Below, piece by piece: positions 18,666-28,930 of a stretch of 64,000 nucleotides of DNA. The stretch is taken from NCBI GenBank assembly GCA_963783765.1, contig CAWAOV010000002.1, positions 18,927-82,926 of the forward strand. The letters are read 5' to 3'. The notes beneath the pieces were generated by a model. It was not told where the DNA came from, ran no database searches, and saw nothing but the letters and a program-made list of their open reading frames with translations. How positions within the stretch are numbered: the stretch's first letter is position 1; each line of letters starts with the position of its first letter. A program made the translations under genes and the position numbers. Source of the stretch: an uncultured Chloroflexia bacterium (GTDB taxonomy: Bacteria > Chloroflexota > Anaerolineae > Anaerolineales > UBA11858).

Positions 18666-20540
18666 ATGGTAAATATTGAGATCTGGATCACTTTAGCATT
18701 ATTAGCTGGGGCCATACTTTTTTTTATTACAGAATGGCTTTCCGTGGACCTCGTGGCTCTCGGTCTATTGATCTTATTAATGGTGAGCAAAATTCTCTCA
18801 CCCGAACAAGCCCTGGCAGGTTTTTCCAGCCCAATTGTCATCACGATCGCTTCATTATTCATTGTGGGCGGCGCCGTAATGGAGACCGGCCTGGCAGACA
18901 GCATCAGCGGTAAGATCATCCAATTTGCAGGGGAAAGCGAATCGCGGCTGCTGGTATTGATCATGGGAACAGTCGCCATCCTATCAGGATTCATTAGCGA
19001 TACCGGAACGGTAGCCGTAATGGCCCCAGCTATCATCAGCATCAGCAGGAAAAAGGGCCTCAATCCCTCCAAACTGCTGATTCCCCTTTCCTTTGGGTCC
19101 CTGTTGGGTGGAGCAATGACATTGATCGGAACTCCTCCCAATATCGTTGTCAGCGATCTCCTGGCAGAAAACGGATTCAAGGCATTTTCTTTTTTTGATT
19201 TCACACCAATTGGTCTGATTTTGCTCTCCAGCGGGATCCTTTATATGATCCTGGCCGGACGCTGGCTGCTGCCTGATAGAAAAAGCGGCACAGAACTGCA
19301 GCGGGTTGATTCGCCGGAAGAGTTGATGGAAGTTTATAAGCTGCCAGAAGACCTATACAGGCTGCGAATCCGCCAGGGGTCTCCCCTGATCGGAAGATCC
19401 CTCCTTAATAGCGACCTGGGAAGCAGGTACGGTGTTAACGCGTTGGAGATCTACCGCGCAGACGAGATAGAAGGTCGATCCCGGATTGGGAACCTCCGGT
19501 TCCTGAGTGAAGAAAGTTCCACCAACCAGAAACTCTCACCACAGGATCCATTACAGCCAGACGATCTGCTAATCTGCCAGGGTAAATATAATGACATCAG
19601 TCATGCTTCAGCAGCTTTAAGGCTTGGCGTGCAGCCGGCCAAAGCTATAGACCAAAAAGCCCTGGTGAATGAAGAAGTAGGTGTGGCGGAGATCCTGCTT
19701 CCTCCCCGATCTCAATTAATTGGAAAAACTTTGGTCACCTCCCGCTTCGGCAGCCTCTATCAACTGACCGTCCTGGGTATCAACCGTCCCGGCGCTGATG
19801 AAAGTTTATCCCTTAAGGATACAGCGCTTCAATTTGGCGATACATTATTTGTGCAAGGATCCTGGAAGAATATCAGAGGGTTATCCAATCAACGGCGGGA
19901 TTTTGTGGTGGTTGGCCAACCTGAAACAATGAAAGGCACCCCTGCCCGATCCAAAATGTTAATCTCCGCCTTCATTATGGCAGGGATGTTGGTTTTCCTG
20001 ATCGCAGGTTGGCTGCCGCTTGCTACAACAGCCATGATCGCTGCCTTCCTGATGATCATCAGCGGCTGCCTGAATATGAAACAAGCATATAACAGTGTGG
20101 ATTGGAAAAGCATCATTCTGATCGCTGGCATGCTGCCAATGACAACCGCCCTTCAGAAAGTTGGATTGGTCGAGATGGGATCAAATTGGGTGGCTTCCAA
20201 CCTGGGAGGTTTGGGAAGTATTCCAATCCTGGCTTCACTGTTCCTTATCACATCGCTCTTCACTCAGGTGATCTCCAACACCGCCACTACTGTCCTGATA
20301 GCGCCGATAGCCCTATCACTGGCTCTGGAGTTAGGATATCAACCCCAGGCCTTTTTGATGACAGTAGCGCTGGCCGCTTCCACCGCTTATGCAACGCCAG
20401 TCGCATCACCCGTGAACACACTGGTGATGGCTGCCGGGAATTACCGATTCAAGGATTATGCAAAGGTGGGCATTCCATTGATTCTGGTTTCAATGGTGAT
20501 CACTGTTCTTTTGCTTCCGATCTTGTGGCCGCTTAAATAA
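18666..20540 (+). CDS. SLC13/DASS-family permease with two central TrkA-C domains
   Basis: Start chosen at MVNIEIWITLALLAG; the ORF opens at 18585. Two TM bundles flank the RCK_C-like segments LRIRQGSPLIGRSL and EILLPPRSQLIGKTL. Confidence 0.8.
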   Translation: MVNIEIWITLALLAGAILFFITEWLSVDLVALGLLILLMVSKILSPEQALAGFSSPIVITIASLFIVGGAVMETGLADSISGKIIQFAGESESRLLVLIMGTVAILSGFISDTGTVAVMAPAIISISRKKGLNPSKLLIPLSFGSLLGGAMTLIGTPPNIVVSDLLAENGFKAFSFFDFTPIGLILLSSGILYMILAGRWLLPDRKSGTELQRVDSPEELMEVYKLPEDLYRLRIRQGSPLIGRSLLNSDLGSRYGVNALEIYRADEIEGRSRIGNLRFLSEESSTNQKLSPQDPLQPDDLLICQGKYNDISHASAALRLGVQPAKAIDQKALVNEEVGVAEILLPPRSQLIGKTLVTSRFGSLYQLTVLGINRPGADESLSLKDTALQFGDTLFVQGSWKNIRGLSNQRRDFVVVGQPETMKGTPARSKMLISAFIMAGMLVFLIAGWLPLATTAMIAAFLMIISGCLNMKQAYNSVDWKSIILIAGMLPMTTALQKVGLVEMGSNWVASNLGGLGSIPILASLFLITSLFTQVISNTATTVLIAPIALSLALELGYQPQAFLMTVALAASTAYATPVASPVNTLVMAAGNYRFKDYAKVGIPLILVSMVITVLLLPILWPLK

Positions 20541-20595
20541 AAAAGAGACGAGATCCTTTATCTGGACTTCGTCCCTTGATTTCCAAAAATGTGTT

Positions 20596-22107
20596 CTAAC
20601 TATCTCGCAGATGCGGGAAAAGCAGGACTTCCCTGATAGTATTCTGATTTGCCAGCAGCATTACCAGTCTATCCACACCCATGCCAAAGCCACCATTAGG
20701 CGGCATACCGTAGCGCATCGCTCGCAGGTAATCTTCATCCAGGGGGTGATGTTCATCTTCCGTGCTGCCATAGGACCGACCCATTTCCAGGAAACGTTCC
20801 TCCTGGTCAATCGGATCATTGATCTCAGTAAAGGCATTGCAGAGTTCCATACCACCCATAAAGCCTTCAAAACGCTCTACCGTATCAGGATCATCCGGGG
20901 TGGTTTTTGCCAAGGGAGAGATCTCCCGGGGGTAATCATAGACAAATGTGGGCTGAATGAAGGTTGGTTCCAGGTAATGGCCCAGCAAATCGTCGATCAG
21001 TTTGCCGCGGGATGCCTTGGGATTAAACTCCATATCCAGAGATTTCATAGCTTTGGCAAGTTCCGCGCCGGTTTGATGGTCCTTAATATCGATCCCTGTT
21101 TTATCCAGGATCCCCTGACGCAGCTCAACCCGCTGCCAGGGTTTATCCAGATGGATCTCATGCTCCCTATAAACAAAAGATGTTGATCCAAGCACTTGCT
21201 GGCCAATAAAAGCCAACATCTCTTCGGTGAGATCCATCACATTTTTATAGTCCGCATAAGCCCAGTAAAACTCCATTTGAGTGAATTCAGGATTATGTTT
21301 AAAAGAAACACCTTCATTTCGGAAATCCCGCCCTATCTCATAGACCTTATCAAATCCACCCACCAGAAGACGTTTTAGATACAGCTCAAAAGAGATCCGC
21401 AAGAACAGGTCTTGTTTCAGCTGATTGTGGTGAGTAGTGAATGGTTGGGCTGCAGCACCCCCATAGATAGGCTGCAATATAGGCGTTTCAACTTCCAGAA
21501 AACCCTTCGAATCCAAAAATTCCTGCATGGCTCGAATGGTTTTTGTCCGCAGGCGAAAAACCTCCCGAACATCAGGGTTTACAGCCAGATCTGCATAACG
21601 CTGGCGGTAGCGGGTTTCAGGGTCGGTGAGAGTTGCGTGGGAAACTACTTCCCCGTCCACAACCTGGTCCTTGGCTGCTGGCAGTGGGGTGATGGCTTTG
21701 GCCAGCATCTGGAATTCAGATATCCACAAGGAAATCTCACCGGTCCGAGTCCGAAATACTTTCCCGCTGCCCTGAATAAAGTCTCCCAGATCAAAGTGAT
21801 CCTTAAAGAAGTCCAGCTTTTCTTCTCCAATATCATTAGCCCTGAAAAAGAACTGGATCTTGGCGGTTCCATCCTCTATATGAGCAAATATAACTTTGCC
21901 CATTGGGCGTACTGATCGGATCCTTCCTGCCAGGATTACCTGGACTTCCTGAGGATCAGTGTTTTCCTCACCCGTCAGGAAAAGATCTAGCGCTTGTTGA
22001 ATGGAGTGCGTTCGTTCCACTCGTCTGGGATAGGGATCAACCCCTAAATCCTTAAGTTTGGCGACTTTTTCCAGGCGTACTTTTTCCAGGTTTGTGTAAT
22101 CAGCCAT
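20596..22107 (-). CDS. lysS: Lysine--tRNA ligase, class II
   Basis: OB-fold N-domain plus class II motifs ([26 protein letters not shown]). Confidence 0.95.
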   Translation of the reverse strand: MADYTNLEKVRLEKVAKLKDLGVDPYPRRVERTHSIQQALDLFLTGEENTDPQEVQVILAGRIRSVRPMGKVIFAHIEDGTAKIQFFFRANDIGEEKLDFFKDHFDLGDFIQGSGKVFRTRTGEISLWISEFQMLAKAITPLPAAKDQVVDGEVVSHATLTDPETRYRQRYADLAVNPDVREVFRLRTKTIRAMQEFLDSKGFLEVETPILQPIYGGAAAQPFTTHHNQLKQDLFLRISFELYLKRLLVGGFDKVYEIGRDFRNEGVSFKHNPEFTQMEFYWAYADYKNVMDLTEEMLAFIGQQVLGSTSFVYREHEIHLDKPWQRVELRQGILDKTGIDIKDHQTGAELAKAMKSLDMEFNPKASRGKLIDDLLGHYLEPTFIQPTFVYDYPREISPLAKTTPDDPDTVERFEGFMGGMELCNAFTEINDPIDQEERFLEMGRSYGSTEDEHHPLDEDYLRAMRYGMPPNGGFGMGVDRLVMLLANQNTIREVLLFPHLRDS

Positions 22108-22125
22108 AAGATCTTCCTTGTGATT

Positions 22126-22159
22126 AAAAAAACCCCGTGCCTATGATCCGGGCACGGGG
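22126..22159 (-). terminator. Intrinsic terminator downstream of greA
   Basis: Minus strand: CCCCGTGCC-loop-GGCACGGGG followed by T7. Confidence 0.7.
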
Positions 22160-22179
22160 GAGAATTCTAACTGACTGGG

Positions 22180-22647
22180 TCAGCCAATTTTCAGGATTTT
22201 CACCGTGAAAACCCCACCCGGTGCCGGAACATCAACCTTATCCCCTTTGGCATGCCCCATTAACGCGCTCCCCAGGGGAGATTCGTACGAAATTTTACCT
22301 TCTACAGGGTCTGATTCAGCTCGTCCGACAACAATATAAGTCTCTTTTTCTTTCTCGGCTGTTTCGATGGTTACCTTAGTACCAATTTGAATTACATCGG
22401 TTTTGGGAAGTTCATCAACAATCTCAGCCTGGGTCAAAATGCTCTTCAGGTACTGAATCCGGCCTTCCACAAAAGCCTGGGCATTTTTTGCTGCTTCAAC
22501 CTCAACATCAGCATCCACGCCTAAAGGACTTCCATCCAGGGCTTCCCGCAATCGATCAGCCACTTCCTGCCGGCGCTCTGACTGCAGATATTCCAGCTCA
22601 GTCTTTAGTTTATCATACCCTTCCTGGGTTAAATATGATGTTGCCAT
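22180..22647 (-). CDS. greA: Transcription elongation factor GreA
   Basis: MATSYLTQEGYDKLKTELEYL..., a coiled-coil N-domain plus an FKBP-like C-domain. The ORF opens at 22662. Confidence 0.9.
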   Translation of the reverse strand: MATSYLTQEGYDKLKTELEYLQSERRQEVADRLREALDGSPLGVDADVEVEAAKNAQAFVEGRIQYLKSILTQAEIVDELPKTDVIQIGTKVTIETAEKEKETYIVVGRAESDPVEGKISYESPLGSALMGHAKGDKVDVPAPGGVFTVKILKIG

Positions 22648-22800
22648 AATTTTTCCACCCACTTCGTTGAATAGCCGTATTTAATAGAAAAAGAGCTTTT
22701 ATTTGGGGTGTTTCACCCTAAAAAGCCCTACCCTCTGAAAAGTGCGCTAATTCTATCATAGGTAATCACTACCTGCAAGGTAAAATTTATACCTGATTTT

Positions 22801-23550
22801 TCAGTGATTCTCGACTGCCCTCCATAGTTTAAATCCTCCCAAAAATCTGGAAAACTCATTGATCTGAATACCAAGATGGTCCTCATCATTCCAGAAGGTG
22901 CTGATTTGAGATCCATAGGCCCGGGCAGCTTGAACCCATTTTCCCAGTCCTTCCTCTGAGACTGGGAACTCCTCGAACTGCCATTCTGCTGATCCTTCCA
23001 TAAAATCCAGAATCTCTTTGCCCTGGTCTTCCCTGGCATAGGGATAGTCGGCGTAGAATGTTACTGGGATTTCAAGTCGATTGACAGCCTTACGGGTCAG
23101 TTCGTGGTCCACATGATTACCAATACCTAATGGAGCAACAACCCTGGTTTCCTCAGGGAGTTCTTTCCTGAACTGATCAGACAGTCTTTCTATCAGACCA
23201 GCCTCTCGCGGATCCAATCCACCAAAGATATGCTTCTCAGAGGTGTAGAAGAATTCCCCCAGCGAGGTTTTCCTGTAAATGCAGTCCTGGTAGGAAAAAT
23301 AGTGTGGAGTCGCGCCAATGATCTGGCAGGCTTTTTGATCTTCTTCACGCCGGATTTGAACCGCGTTCAGACCAAGACCCCAATTTTGGTGCAGCTCCTG
23401 AGCGAAGGGCGATAAATCATCCTGCGGGGGATCCCCGGCACAAATCGTCCAGATCTCAATATTATGACCGGCTTTGGCCAGATCCCAGACCAAGCCGCCG
23501 CAAGAAAAAGCTATGTCATCAAGATGGGGGGAAAGAAAGATCCATTTCAT
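22801..23550 (-). CDS. PIG-L/LmbE-family deacetylase
   Basis: LSPHLDDIAFSCGG and HVDH motifs. Confidence 0.8.
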   Translation of the reverse strand: MKWIFLSPHLDDIAFSCGGLVWDLAKAGHNIEIWTICAGDPPQDDLSPFAQELHQNWGLGLNAVQIRREEDQKACQIIGATPHYFSYQDCIYRKTSLGEFFYTSEKHIFGGLDPREAGLIERLSDQFRKELPEETRVVAPLGIGNHVDHELTRKAVNRLEIPVTFYADYPYAREDQGKEILDFMEGSAEWQFEEFPVSEEGLGKWVQAARAYGSQISTFWNDEDHLGIQINEFSRFLGGFKLWRAVENH

Positions 23551-23568
23551 TCCTCTTTTGTATCACAA

Positions 23569-25956
23569 TCAATCCAATCGTTCTACCCGGATCCAGAGCT
23601 TCTCTCCGTTAGTGCTCAGATGAATGGTTCCATGCTGATCTGTCCGGAGCAAAGAATATCCTTCCAGGCGATCCAATAACCCTCGATTTGGCAGCCCCTG
23701 GCTGTTCTTGATGCCAACACTTAATAAGGCTAACTGAGGATGCAGGTTGTCGATCCATACTGATGGGTTGCTGGTTTGGAAGCCATTATCAGCCAACAAC
23801 AAAACACTGAGATTTCCAATATCCCTGCCTTCATGGAATTGACTTCTGATCTCATTGGTGATCCCAAATGGCAATAGGGCCCGGAAATTCTCCAATTCAA
23901 TCAACAATGTCCCCCCTCTGGGGCTTTGGGATACTATTTCAATCTTGAGATCATCGGGGAATATTAAACTTTGACCCGTTTCGCCCATTGACATTGATAT
24001 CCGGTTTTCATCGATGACAGACATAAGATTCTCCGCTTCCCAACACAGAGAGGGATTACCGATCCAGATCACCCGCTCTGGCTTAAAGCGGGGCAGATTT
24101 CCAGTCAGAGCATCCAGATCAAGGGCTTGCGGGGAAGCAACAAACAGCAGATCGAGTTTTCTATTAAATGGGGGCAGTTTCCGTCCCAGGTGATCTGATA
24201 ATAACTTTGTGCTGGGTCCACCGTTGATCAGGATCCGATATCCAGATGGACTTTCGAGATAAATACCACTGCCGGTTCCGACATCTAGCAGATAGAGATG
24301 CAAATTTCCATCCGGTGCTGAAAAAACCATCCGCCAGACAAGCAGGATGGAAAGGGACAAACCTGCAGCCGCCAGAGATGGAGTGATAAAACGTTGAAGT
24401 TGAAATACAAGAGGGTAAAAAAAGGTGAACAGGATCAGTGTCGAATAAAAAACGATGATCCAGATAATGTCCACATCTCCCAAAACAATCGTTCGGATTG
24501 GCAGCCTGCTGAACCATTCTACAGCCCGGATGGTATATAACACAAAAGGATAAACCAGCGGGGCCGCCAACTTCCCGAGTGGAAACCAGATCAAGGCCAG
24601 GATCAAAGCCAATCCACCCAGTACCATGATTGGAGGCTGGACTGGCAGGATGGCCGGATTTGCCAGAAAAGTGCTGATTGAAAAAGCATGGAAATGGTAA
24701 ATCATTACCGGCATTGTTGTCAGCTGAGCTGCAAAGGTGAACAGGACAAATTCGCTGACGGGTTGAGTGATCTTTTGCGCGAGTTCCAGAGGAAAATAGC
24801 GGGATGTTAAACGCAAGAACCAGTCAGACAGGGGATCGGCGTATAAAACCAGTCCCAATGTGGCGGAAAGGGAAAGCTGGAAGGAAATATCCCAGGGCAG
24901 ATGGGGATTGACCAACATCATCACCAAGCTGGCCAGGGCAGCTGCGTTCAATCCATGCTGCCGTCGGCCAATTTGCTGGGCGAAGATAGCCAGACCTCCC
25001 ATTACCGCAGCCCTGACAACCGCAGCATCCGCTCCCACCAGGATGGTATAAAGGCTGATGCCAAATAAAGCCGCAGCAGCACCCTTTTGTGGGTTCATGA
25101 TCCGGCTGAAAAATCGCGAAAAGAACCCTGCTACAATCGTGATATTAAAACCTGATATGGCAATAATATGGGTGGTCCCGGTCTCGCGAAAAGCCTTCTG
25201 GACCTGTTCTGAAATTCCGCTTTCAACTCCCAGCAGTATTCCTGCCAGCAGGGATGCCTCAGGATCCGGCCAGAGCTGATAAATCAAGTCCAGGGCTCTG
25301 GACTTGATACTGTAAATAGCCTGCAGGACTACCGATCCCTGTCCTGATTCCACTACCCGGACGTCTGCCTGAGAAATATAGACGTAGATCCTCTTCCTTT
25401 TTAGATAATCAAGATAATTGAAATCCTCATCTTCAGGAGGTACCTTTAGAAAACCTGTGACAAGGATACGATCCCCAAATTCAACCTGGGTTTCTACCGC
25501 AGCCTTAGCCAATAACATGCCATTCAGCGGTAAGGGAGGTTCTCCTTTTTTGCCCTGAATGCTCTCAGCCTTGATCCGGAGATTAACAATCTGATCCCTT
25601 TGATCAGGAAATCCAACCACTACACCCGTTATACCCACAGGAACCGAACGACCGGTGAAGTTTGAGATATAAGCCGGGTCATCAAAATCAGGTAGGGATA
25701 TCCGATAACGAACAGCTCCAATGAAAAAGGCCAATACCAACCCGAGAATCAGCCCTCTCATTGATGAAGGCATAGATTCCGGGTTTCTTTTTCCAGACAA
25801 CCAGAGTAAAAAACCCACTACCAGGCTGAAACATAATCCAAAAACACTCCAGGTTAAAAGTATCCCAGGATAGGCTGTCAGCCAGTAGTATGCCGATAGT
25901 AAATACAATCGTAGCCCAAATGATTGGCATGGTATTTCCCCCTTGCTGTTTTCCAT
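23569..25956 (-). CDS. comEC: DNA internalisation competence protein ComEC/Rec2
   Basis: 795 aa with DUF4131-like N-terminus, the polytopic competence domain (GTTHIIAISGFNI) and a C-terminal metallo-beta-lactamase-like domain. Confidence 0.85.
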   Translation of the reverse strand: MENSKGEIPCQSFGLRLYLLSAYYWLTAYPGILLTWSVFGLCFSLVVGFLLWLSGKRNPESMPSSMRGLILGLVLAFFIGAVRYRISLPDFDDPAYISNFTGRSVPVGITGVVVGFPDQRDQIVNLRIKAESIQGKKGEPPLPLNGMLLAKAAVETQVEFGDRILVTGFLKVPPEDEDFNYLDYLKRKRIYVYISQADVRVVESGQGSVVLQAIYSIKSRALDLIYQLWPDPEASLLAGILLGVESGISEQVQKAFRETGTTHIIAISGFNITIVAGFFSRFFSRIMNPQKGAAAALFGISLYTILVGADAAVVRAAVMGGLAIFAQQIGRRQHGLNAAALASLVMMLVNPHLPWDISFQLSLSATLGLVLYADPLSDWFLRLTSRYFPLELAQKITQPVSEFVLFTFAAQLTTMPVMIYHFHAFSISTFLANPAILPVQPPIMVLGGLALILALIWFPLGKLAAPLVYPFVLYTIRAVEWFSRLPIRTIVLGDVDIIWIIVFYSTLILFTFFYPLVFQLQRFITPSLAAAGLSLSILLVWRMVFSAPDGNLHLYLLDVGTGSGIYLESPSGYRILINGGPSTKLLSDHLGRKLPPFNRKLDLLFVASPQALDLDALTGNLPRFKPERVIWIGNPSLCWEAENLMSVIDENRISMSMGETGQSLIFPDDLKIEIVSQSPRGGTLLIELENFRALLPFGITNEIRSQFHEGRDIGNLSVLLLADNGFQTSNPSVWIDNLHPQLALLSVGIKNSQGLPNRGLLDRLEGYSLLRTDQHGTIHLSTNGEKLWIRVERLD

Positions 25957-25976
25957 TATACAAGAAAGACAAATCC

Positions 25977-26006
25977 CTCCAAAGAGGGATTTGTCTTTAA
26001 TTTGTA
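25977..26006 (-). terminator. Stem-loop downstream of the MltR-like gene
   Basis: 13-bp stem AGACAAATCCCTC/GAGGGATTTGTCT with a 4-nt loop and a T-rich minus-strand tail. Confidence 0.5.
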
Positions 26007-26068
26007 TCGATTAGAATCGCTGGGCTGTTTTAAATAGAAAAACCCCCTCGAGTATATCTATTAATAGC

Positions 26069-26596
26069 TTATTCGATATTTACCAGGATGAAATTATCCC
26101 TCAGACTTCGTTTCTCTTCATTGGCCTCATTGGCTCGGTACATGAGCTGCTGAGCCAGGATCGCGGTGCCAAAAACAAACAGGCCTCTTGGTGAGGGGCT
26201 TTCTTCCTGCAGAATAACCTCATCTGGGATCTTAAGCCGTTTGCACAAATTCTGAATATCCAATTCCGAAAAACTGCCCTCCCCCATATCACGGATGAAT
26301 CGGTTGCGGATATGCCAGATCAATACCAGGTCATGGTACTCAGTCCTGCTGATCAATCCCAGTCCATAGGCTGCTTTGATGCGGGCTTCAAAACTTCCTA
26401 GCGGATTTTCCTCCCCCAGGAGCATTTTTGAGATCTTTTCATCGTCAATAATAAAACATTCCAGCAAGCGGGCCAGGTGAGTGTTGAGGTAGGTTGTTCC
26501 CAGGATGGCAACAGCCCGGTCACTCTTCTTCTGGAATTCATCTACCAACCGCTTCCATTCCCGTGTTGACGCTGATTTTTGCTCTGTCATTCCCAT
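26069..26596 (-). CDS. MltR (mannitol-repressor)-like helical domain protein
   Basis: SDRAVAILGTTYLNTHLARLLECFII...LGSFEARIKAAYGLGLISRTEYHDLVLIWHIRNRF matches the MltR-family pattern from memory. Confidence 0.5.
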   Translation of the reverse strand: MGMTEQKSASTREWKRLVDEFQKKSDRAVAILGTTYLNTHLARLLECFIIDDEKISKMLLGEENPLGSFEARIKAAYGLGLISRTEYHDLVLIWHIRNRFIRDMGEGSFSELDIQNLCKRLKIPDEVILQEESPSPRGLFVFGTAILAQQLMYRANEANEEKRSLRDNFILVNIE

Positions 26597-26677
26597 TTCC
26601 TTAAAATCAATTTCGTGGATTCAGGTCTATTAATTATACATGACAACTCAAACAGGTCGAGTTGTTAATCCTGAAAG

Positions 26678-27772
26678 TTAGTACCCTCTGCTTGCTTCTT
26701 TGAATATCCAGTCAAACTCTCCCAAATAAATACTGGCGAGCTCTTCATTATGAATGATCAGGACATTTTCATCATTGCGGATCTCCGCGCTGCGAGTCAG
26801 GTTATATGAGCCAGTGATAACTATGCTGTGATCGATAATAATAACTTTATGATGCAGTTTTTCAGGATGAACATCCAAATACACATCCAGTCCATAATCA
26901 AGAAGGCGCTGATATTCACCCCCCAAACCAGCTCTATCCTGGTAGGCATCAAACACACCCCGGACCTGAATACCCTGGGTGTCCTGATAAAGCACCGCAT
27001 CGGCTATACCATCAGAAGTAAAAGAATAATACAGGAAATCAATTGATTCTTCCGCCTCGAGGATCAACTCCATGATCCGTGCGGCAGGAGAATCATCCGG
27101 AGAAAAATAAGTCTCGATCCGGATTCCATCAATAACCAGGTCAGGGTAGGGCGTGTTTTCAAGGCTGTTTTCACCAAAATAACCTTCCAGGAACATCTCA
27201 TCAAATTCCACGGAATAATTCTCAGCCAGCCGGGATGAGCGGACCCGAATCAGGTTATTAAGGTGGCGGTAGGCACCATTGACAGTCAGATTCATGGATC
27301 CTGTCCAAACCTCAGCACCATCGATTACCAGAAATTTATTGTGCATCAAACTATCTGTTTGGTCAAAGACAATCGGGATGCCCGCCTCGATCAATTCCTG
27401 AACCTCCCGCCGGTCCCGGGAATCTTCTTCCATCACCAAACGAACCAACACCCCGCGCTCGTGAGCCCGGAGCAAGGCATTCCGGACAGACCAGAGATTC
27501 AGGTCATATAAAGCAGCATCGATCCCCGATCTGGCTTGATCCAGAGCTTCAACCAGGAACTGGTCAGGCCCTCCCCGGAAATCGTCATTGGAAGGTGCCG
27601 TAAAATAAACACTGAATATTTGATCAGGCGAGATATTAGCAGAAGGTGTAGTACTGGGTAATGGGTCCAGCCAGCTGGGTTCGTCTGGTTTGCAGGCTGC
27701 AAGAAGAAACACAATAATGATCAGCAGAAGCCGATTAGATAATCCAATTTTTTTGGTTTTTTGGTCTGGCAT
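26678..27772 (-). CDS. Phospholipase D-like (double HKD) lipoprotein
   Basis: Lipobox LLAACK and two HKD motifs: HNKFLVIDGAEVWTGSMNLT and HHKVIIIDHSIVITGSYNLT. Confidence 0.8.
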   Translation of the reverse strand: MPDQKTKKIGLSNRLLLIIIVFLLAACKPDEPSWLDPLPSTTPSANISPDQIFSVYFTAPSNDDFRGGPDQFLVEALDQARSGIDAALYDLNLWSVRNALLRAHERGVLVRLVMEEDSRDRREVQELIEAGIPIVFDQTDSLMHNKFLVIDGAEVWTGSMNLTVNGAYRHLNNLIRVRSSRLAENYSVEFDEMFLEGYFGENSLENTPYPDLVIDGIRIETYFSPDDSPAARIMELILEAEESIDFLYYSFTSDGIADAVLYQDTQGIQVRGVFDAYQDRAGLGGEYQRLLDYGLDVYLDVHPEKLHHKVIIIDHSIVITGSYNLTRSAEIRNDENVLIIHNEELASIYLGEFDWIFKEASRGY

Positions 27773-27781
27773 TTCTCCCCC

Positions 27782-28204
27782 TCAGGATACTTTCAAACAG
27801 CGGATCAGAACAGATCTACGGTGGGAACGAGCTCTGTGTTCAAAAACATACACCCCCTGCCAGGTTCCCAGTGATAGATCCCCATCATCAACAGGAATGC
27901 TCAAGCTGGTTGCAGTGAGAATGGACCTCATATGTGATGGAGAATCATCCCTGCCTTCCAACGTGTGGTGATGCCAGGGTTCTCCTTCCGGAGCTATTTG
28001 TTCCATAAACGCCTCCATATCCTGCCTGGCGGATGGATCATAACTCTCATTAATTACTAATGACGCACTGGTATGGGTGATGAACAGGTGACAGATCCCC
28101 TCCCTGATTCCCCAGGAGTGAATTACAGGTGTGATCTGGTGGGTGACCGGATAAAGACCTTTGCCATGAGTCTCTACCAGGATCGTATCTTTGAACCATT
28201 CCAT
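27782..28204 (-). CDS. yjbQ: YjbQ/UPF0047 family (secondary thiamine-phosphate synthase) protein
   Basis: HTSASLVINE, DDSPSHM and GTWQG.Y..EH motifs. The ORF opens at 28294; the start was chosen at MEWFKD. Confidence 0.8.
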   Translation of the reverse strand: MEWFKDTILVETHGKGLYPVTHQITPVIHSWGIREGICHLFITHTSASLVINESYDPSARQDMEAFMEQIAPEGEPWHHHTLEGRDDSPSHMRSILTATSLSIPVDDGDLSLGTWQGVYVFEHRARSHRRSVLIRCLKVS

Positions 28205-28305
28205 ACTGACCTCTCCTGCCTCCATTGTACTGGATAAAAAAAGGTCTGAGAAATAAAAAGAGCAGCGATCTCTCGCTGCCCTTTCGACTGTCAAAAGTGG
28301 AGTAA

Positions 28306-28602
28306 CTAGAATACGCTGTCGGAATCCTCATCCTCTGTGAAAGTATCTTCACTGTCTTCCGGTTCTGTGCTGAAAGAGGTTACGCTTTCGCCCAGGGGTA
28401 GAACATCCTGTGCTTGAGGTCCCTTATCACTTTCAACGACATCAAATTCAACCCGCTGACCTTCGTCAAGCGTTTTGAATCCGGATCCATTTATTGCGCT
28501 GTAGTGGACAAAGACATCGCCTTCGCCGTTGTCGCGCTCAATGAAACCATAGCCTTTTCCTGCGTTAAACCATTTTACAGTTCCGGTCTCACGCTCTGCC
28601 AT
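28306..28602 (-). CDS. Cold-shock protein with about 30-aa acidic C-terminal extension
   Basis: [16 protein letters not shown] (RNP1), DVFVHYSAI (RNP2), then the tail [19 protein letters not shown]. Confidence 0.9.
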   Translation of the reverse strand: MAERETGTVKWFNAGKGYGFIERDNGEGDVFVHYSAINGSGFKTLDEGQRVEFDVVESDKGPQAQDVLPLGESVTSFSTEPEDSEDTFTEDEDSDSVF

Positions 28603-28930
28603 AAAAAATCTCCTTCGAACTAAATGGTATCAACCAGCAGGGCGTTCCCCCTCGCTCTAAACAATATAATTGCTCAAGAAACGTACGTTCTGCCATAGAA
28701 ATCGGGAAAACCCAATTCCACTGAATAAATATAGCATGAACTTAAATTATCGTCAACGAAATTAAATCTCGCAAAGACCAATAAAACAATATCTCTAAGG
28801 GTGAACAATCCCAGAATTTTCCCTCTGATAATCTGTTTTTTCCTACAGCCAACCATTCTAAGCAAGTCATTTCATCAAGAAAAGACCACCTCCTCATAAA
28901 CACCGCTATAATATGGGTGGGTAAAATAAC

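Noticed and set aside
18413-19204. 263-aa ORF on the minus strand
   Set aside because: It is entirely antisense to the well-supported SLC13 permease and membrane-protein genes. Its sequence is low-complexity with no motifs, so it is a shadow ORF.
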